A stretch of 64,000 bases of DNA from Botryllus schlosseri. Its lineage: Eukaryota. The stretch is from the NCBI GenBank assembly GCA_051294905.1, contig JBPPKV010000017.1, forward strand, positions 806,001-870,000, given 5' to 3'. Shown piece by piece: positions 62,693 through 64,000 of this stretch. Position 1 is the stretch's first letter, and every line of letters starts with the position of its first letter. Both the position numbers and the translations under genes were made by a program. The notes under the pieces are model-generated. The model made no database searches and was not told the DNA's origin. It saw nothing but the letters and a program-made list of their open reading frames with translations.

Positions 62693-63670
62693 GACTATGA
62701 TATAAAGTGAACAGCTGATCCGGATGTACGATTACCACTGGTTTAGATAATGTGCTTACCGAGAGTCCATTATATTTGAAACCCAGGCGTGGCGTGATTA
62801 GTGAAGCATAGTATCTCCGCCTCCTTTTCTGACCAATCGTATTTAGTTAGTCCATGGTTCGGGGCCATCTCAATAGCGGGAGGTACTGTGAAATGGAGAA
62901 ATGGGCATGAATAAGTTTTAGCGTGCTTTGCAGTTAAACCATATCAATACAACATTTACGGTCCATTACGACCATTCGATATTTCACGTACACCATATAT
63001 ATGACCTTTTGACCATGAAGTTTATGTGAGTATATATCGGTCTTATCGGATGATTAACCGGATCAATAAATCTACTTGATAGTAGCATCATAGCGTCCTA
63101 TATGGGGTCAACACAGGCAAATCTCACGCCTCAGGGAAATTGTATCACGTCACGATTTGCATTTGGCTACAGGCAATTTGACGGTCATTTTTGTCCGGCT
63201 TGCCGAGCATTAAAGTTGGTGAAACGGGTATCAATCGAAAGCGGACTCTGCACTGATTACGAAAATATAAATTTTATTCCGCTCGTGGCCCTGGAACTCC
63301 CACAAGCAGCCTGGAATTTTTCATTGTTATGGAGATTGGCATTGGGACGCAACAATGCTGTCTGGCTCTTTTTCTCTTGAGCTACTCTCTCGTTTCGCTC
63401 TTCCCTGGTAATTGTCTGCCAATTGTAGAATTCAATAATGCGTTGATGATGGATGCAAGAGATGACGTAGCAGTGCTAGTTTACACATCGACAATCTAGT
63501 TTACACATCTACACATTGTAGCAGACCGCTGGTGACAGTGTGACAGTGTCAAGTATCAGTGGATCTCAAGTCACAGACAAAGAGGTACAGATTTCGTTTA
63601 TGTTACGTGGATCGACCTTATTCTCACGATCAGCGGATCGACGATTCATGTTGTATTATGTCCCAAGCTG

Positions 63671-63860
63671 CAGGGTTGTAACCAAGTCACACGGCTTCGA
63701 GTCACAAGTCAATCTCACTTTCATCTTTTTGACTCGAGTCAAGTCGAGTCATTTTCAATTCCCACCGAGTCAAGTCCGAGTCCAAGTCAGCGGACAGAGG
63801 ATCGAGTCCGAGTCATGGTATTATGACTCGAGTCCGAGTCCAAGTCATTGTGTTGACGGC
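63671..63860. mobile_element. MITE family C fragment
   Basis: CAGGGTTGTAAC terminus followed by GACTCGAGTC(C/A)AGTC repeats. Confidence 0.7.
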
Positions 63861-64000
63861 TCAGTTTCCAGTTAAAGTCTTCCTAAACCCACTTTTTAAA
63901 CTCTGTTTGGTCATGATATTGAAAGCTTCGCATTTATAATATATCAACTTTCCTCACTTTTAGCAGTTTCTGGTCGCATTTTCAAGCACCAGTACCAACA

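Noticed and set aside
63200-63500. Similarity between this segment and the 60.2 kb exon-like segment (IINAL/TIRAL, SETR)
   Set aside because: There are too few identities over ~30 aa and an in-frame stop. Consistent with chance.

Overview
AT-rich, intron-containing animal genomic DNA. It is not prokaryotic: there are no CRISPR, rRNA or tRNA genes that I can see. The vertebrate-like titin and ATAD2 exons, 56-90 nt mini-introns and dense non-autonomous transposons suggest an invertebrate chordate such as an ascidian (inference). Contents in order: (1) a minus-strand gene with at least 18 one-exon-per-module CCP/sushi domains that are extraordinarily Tyr/Met/Lys-rich (1.0-15.6 kb; 5' and 3' ends unresolved); (2) an inverted ~2 kb duplication plus a third partial copy, carrying decayed CCP-like exons (17.6-27.1 kb); (3) a 14-exon plus-strand ATAD2-like gene with an open spliced frame but no bromodomain and no recognisable N-terminal/Walker A exons (27.6-37.5 kb); (4) the 3' end of a Penelope-like GIY-YIG retroelement with a minimal hammerhead-like motif (39.1-39.8 kb); (5) four minus-strand titin Z/I-junction exons, one split by a 2.6 kb nested hAT-type insertion (40.2-47.6 kb); (6) a small three-exon secreted cystine-knot gene with IL-17-type cysteine spacing (54.3-55.0 kb); (7) exons of a putative type I membrane protein (56.5-57.1 kb, possibly also ~60.2 kb); and many TIR elements, mostly with 8-bp TSDs. 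All exon models were derived by eye from GT/AG signals and phase. Homology calls rely on recalled human sequences and need database confirmation.
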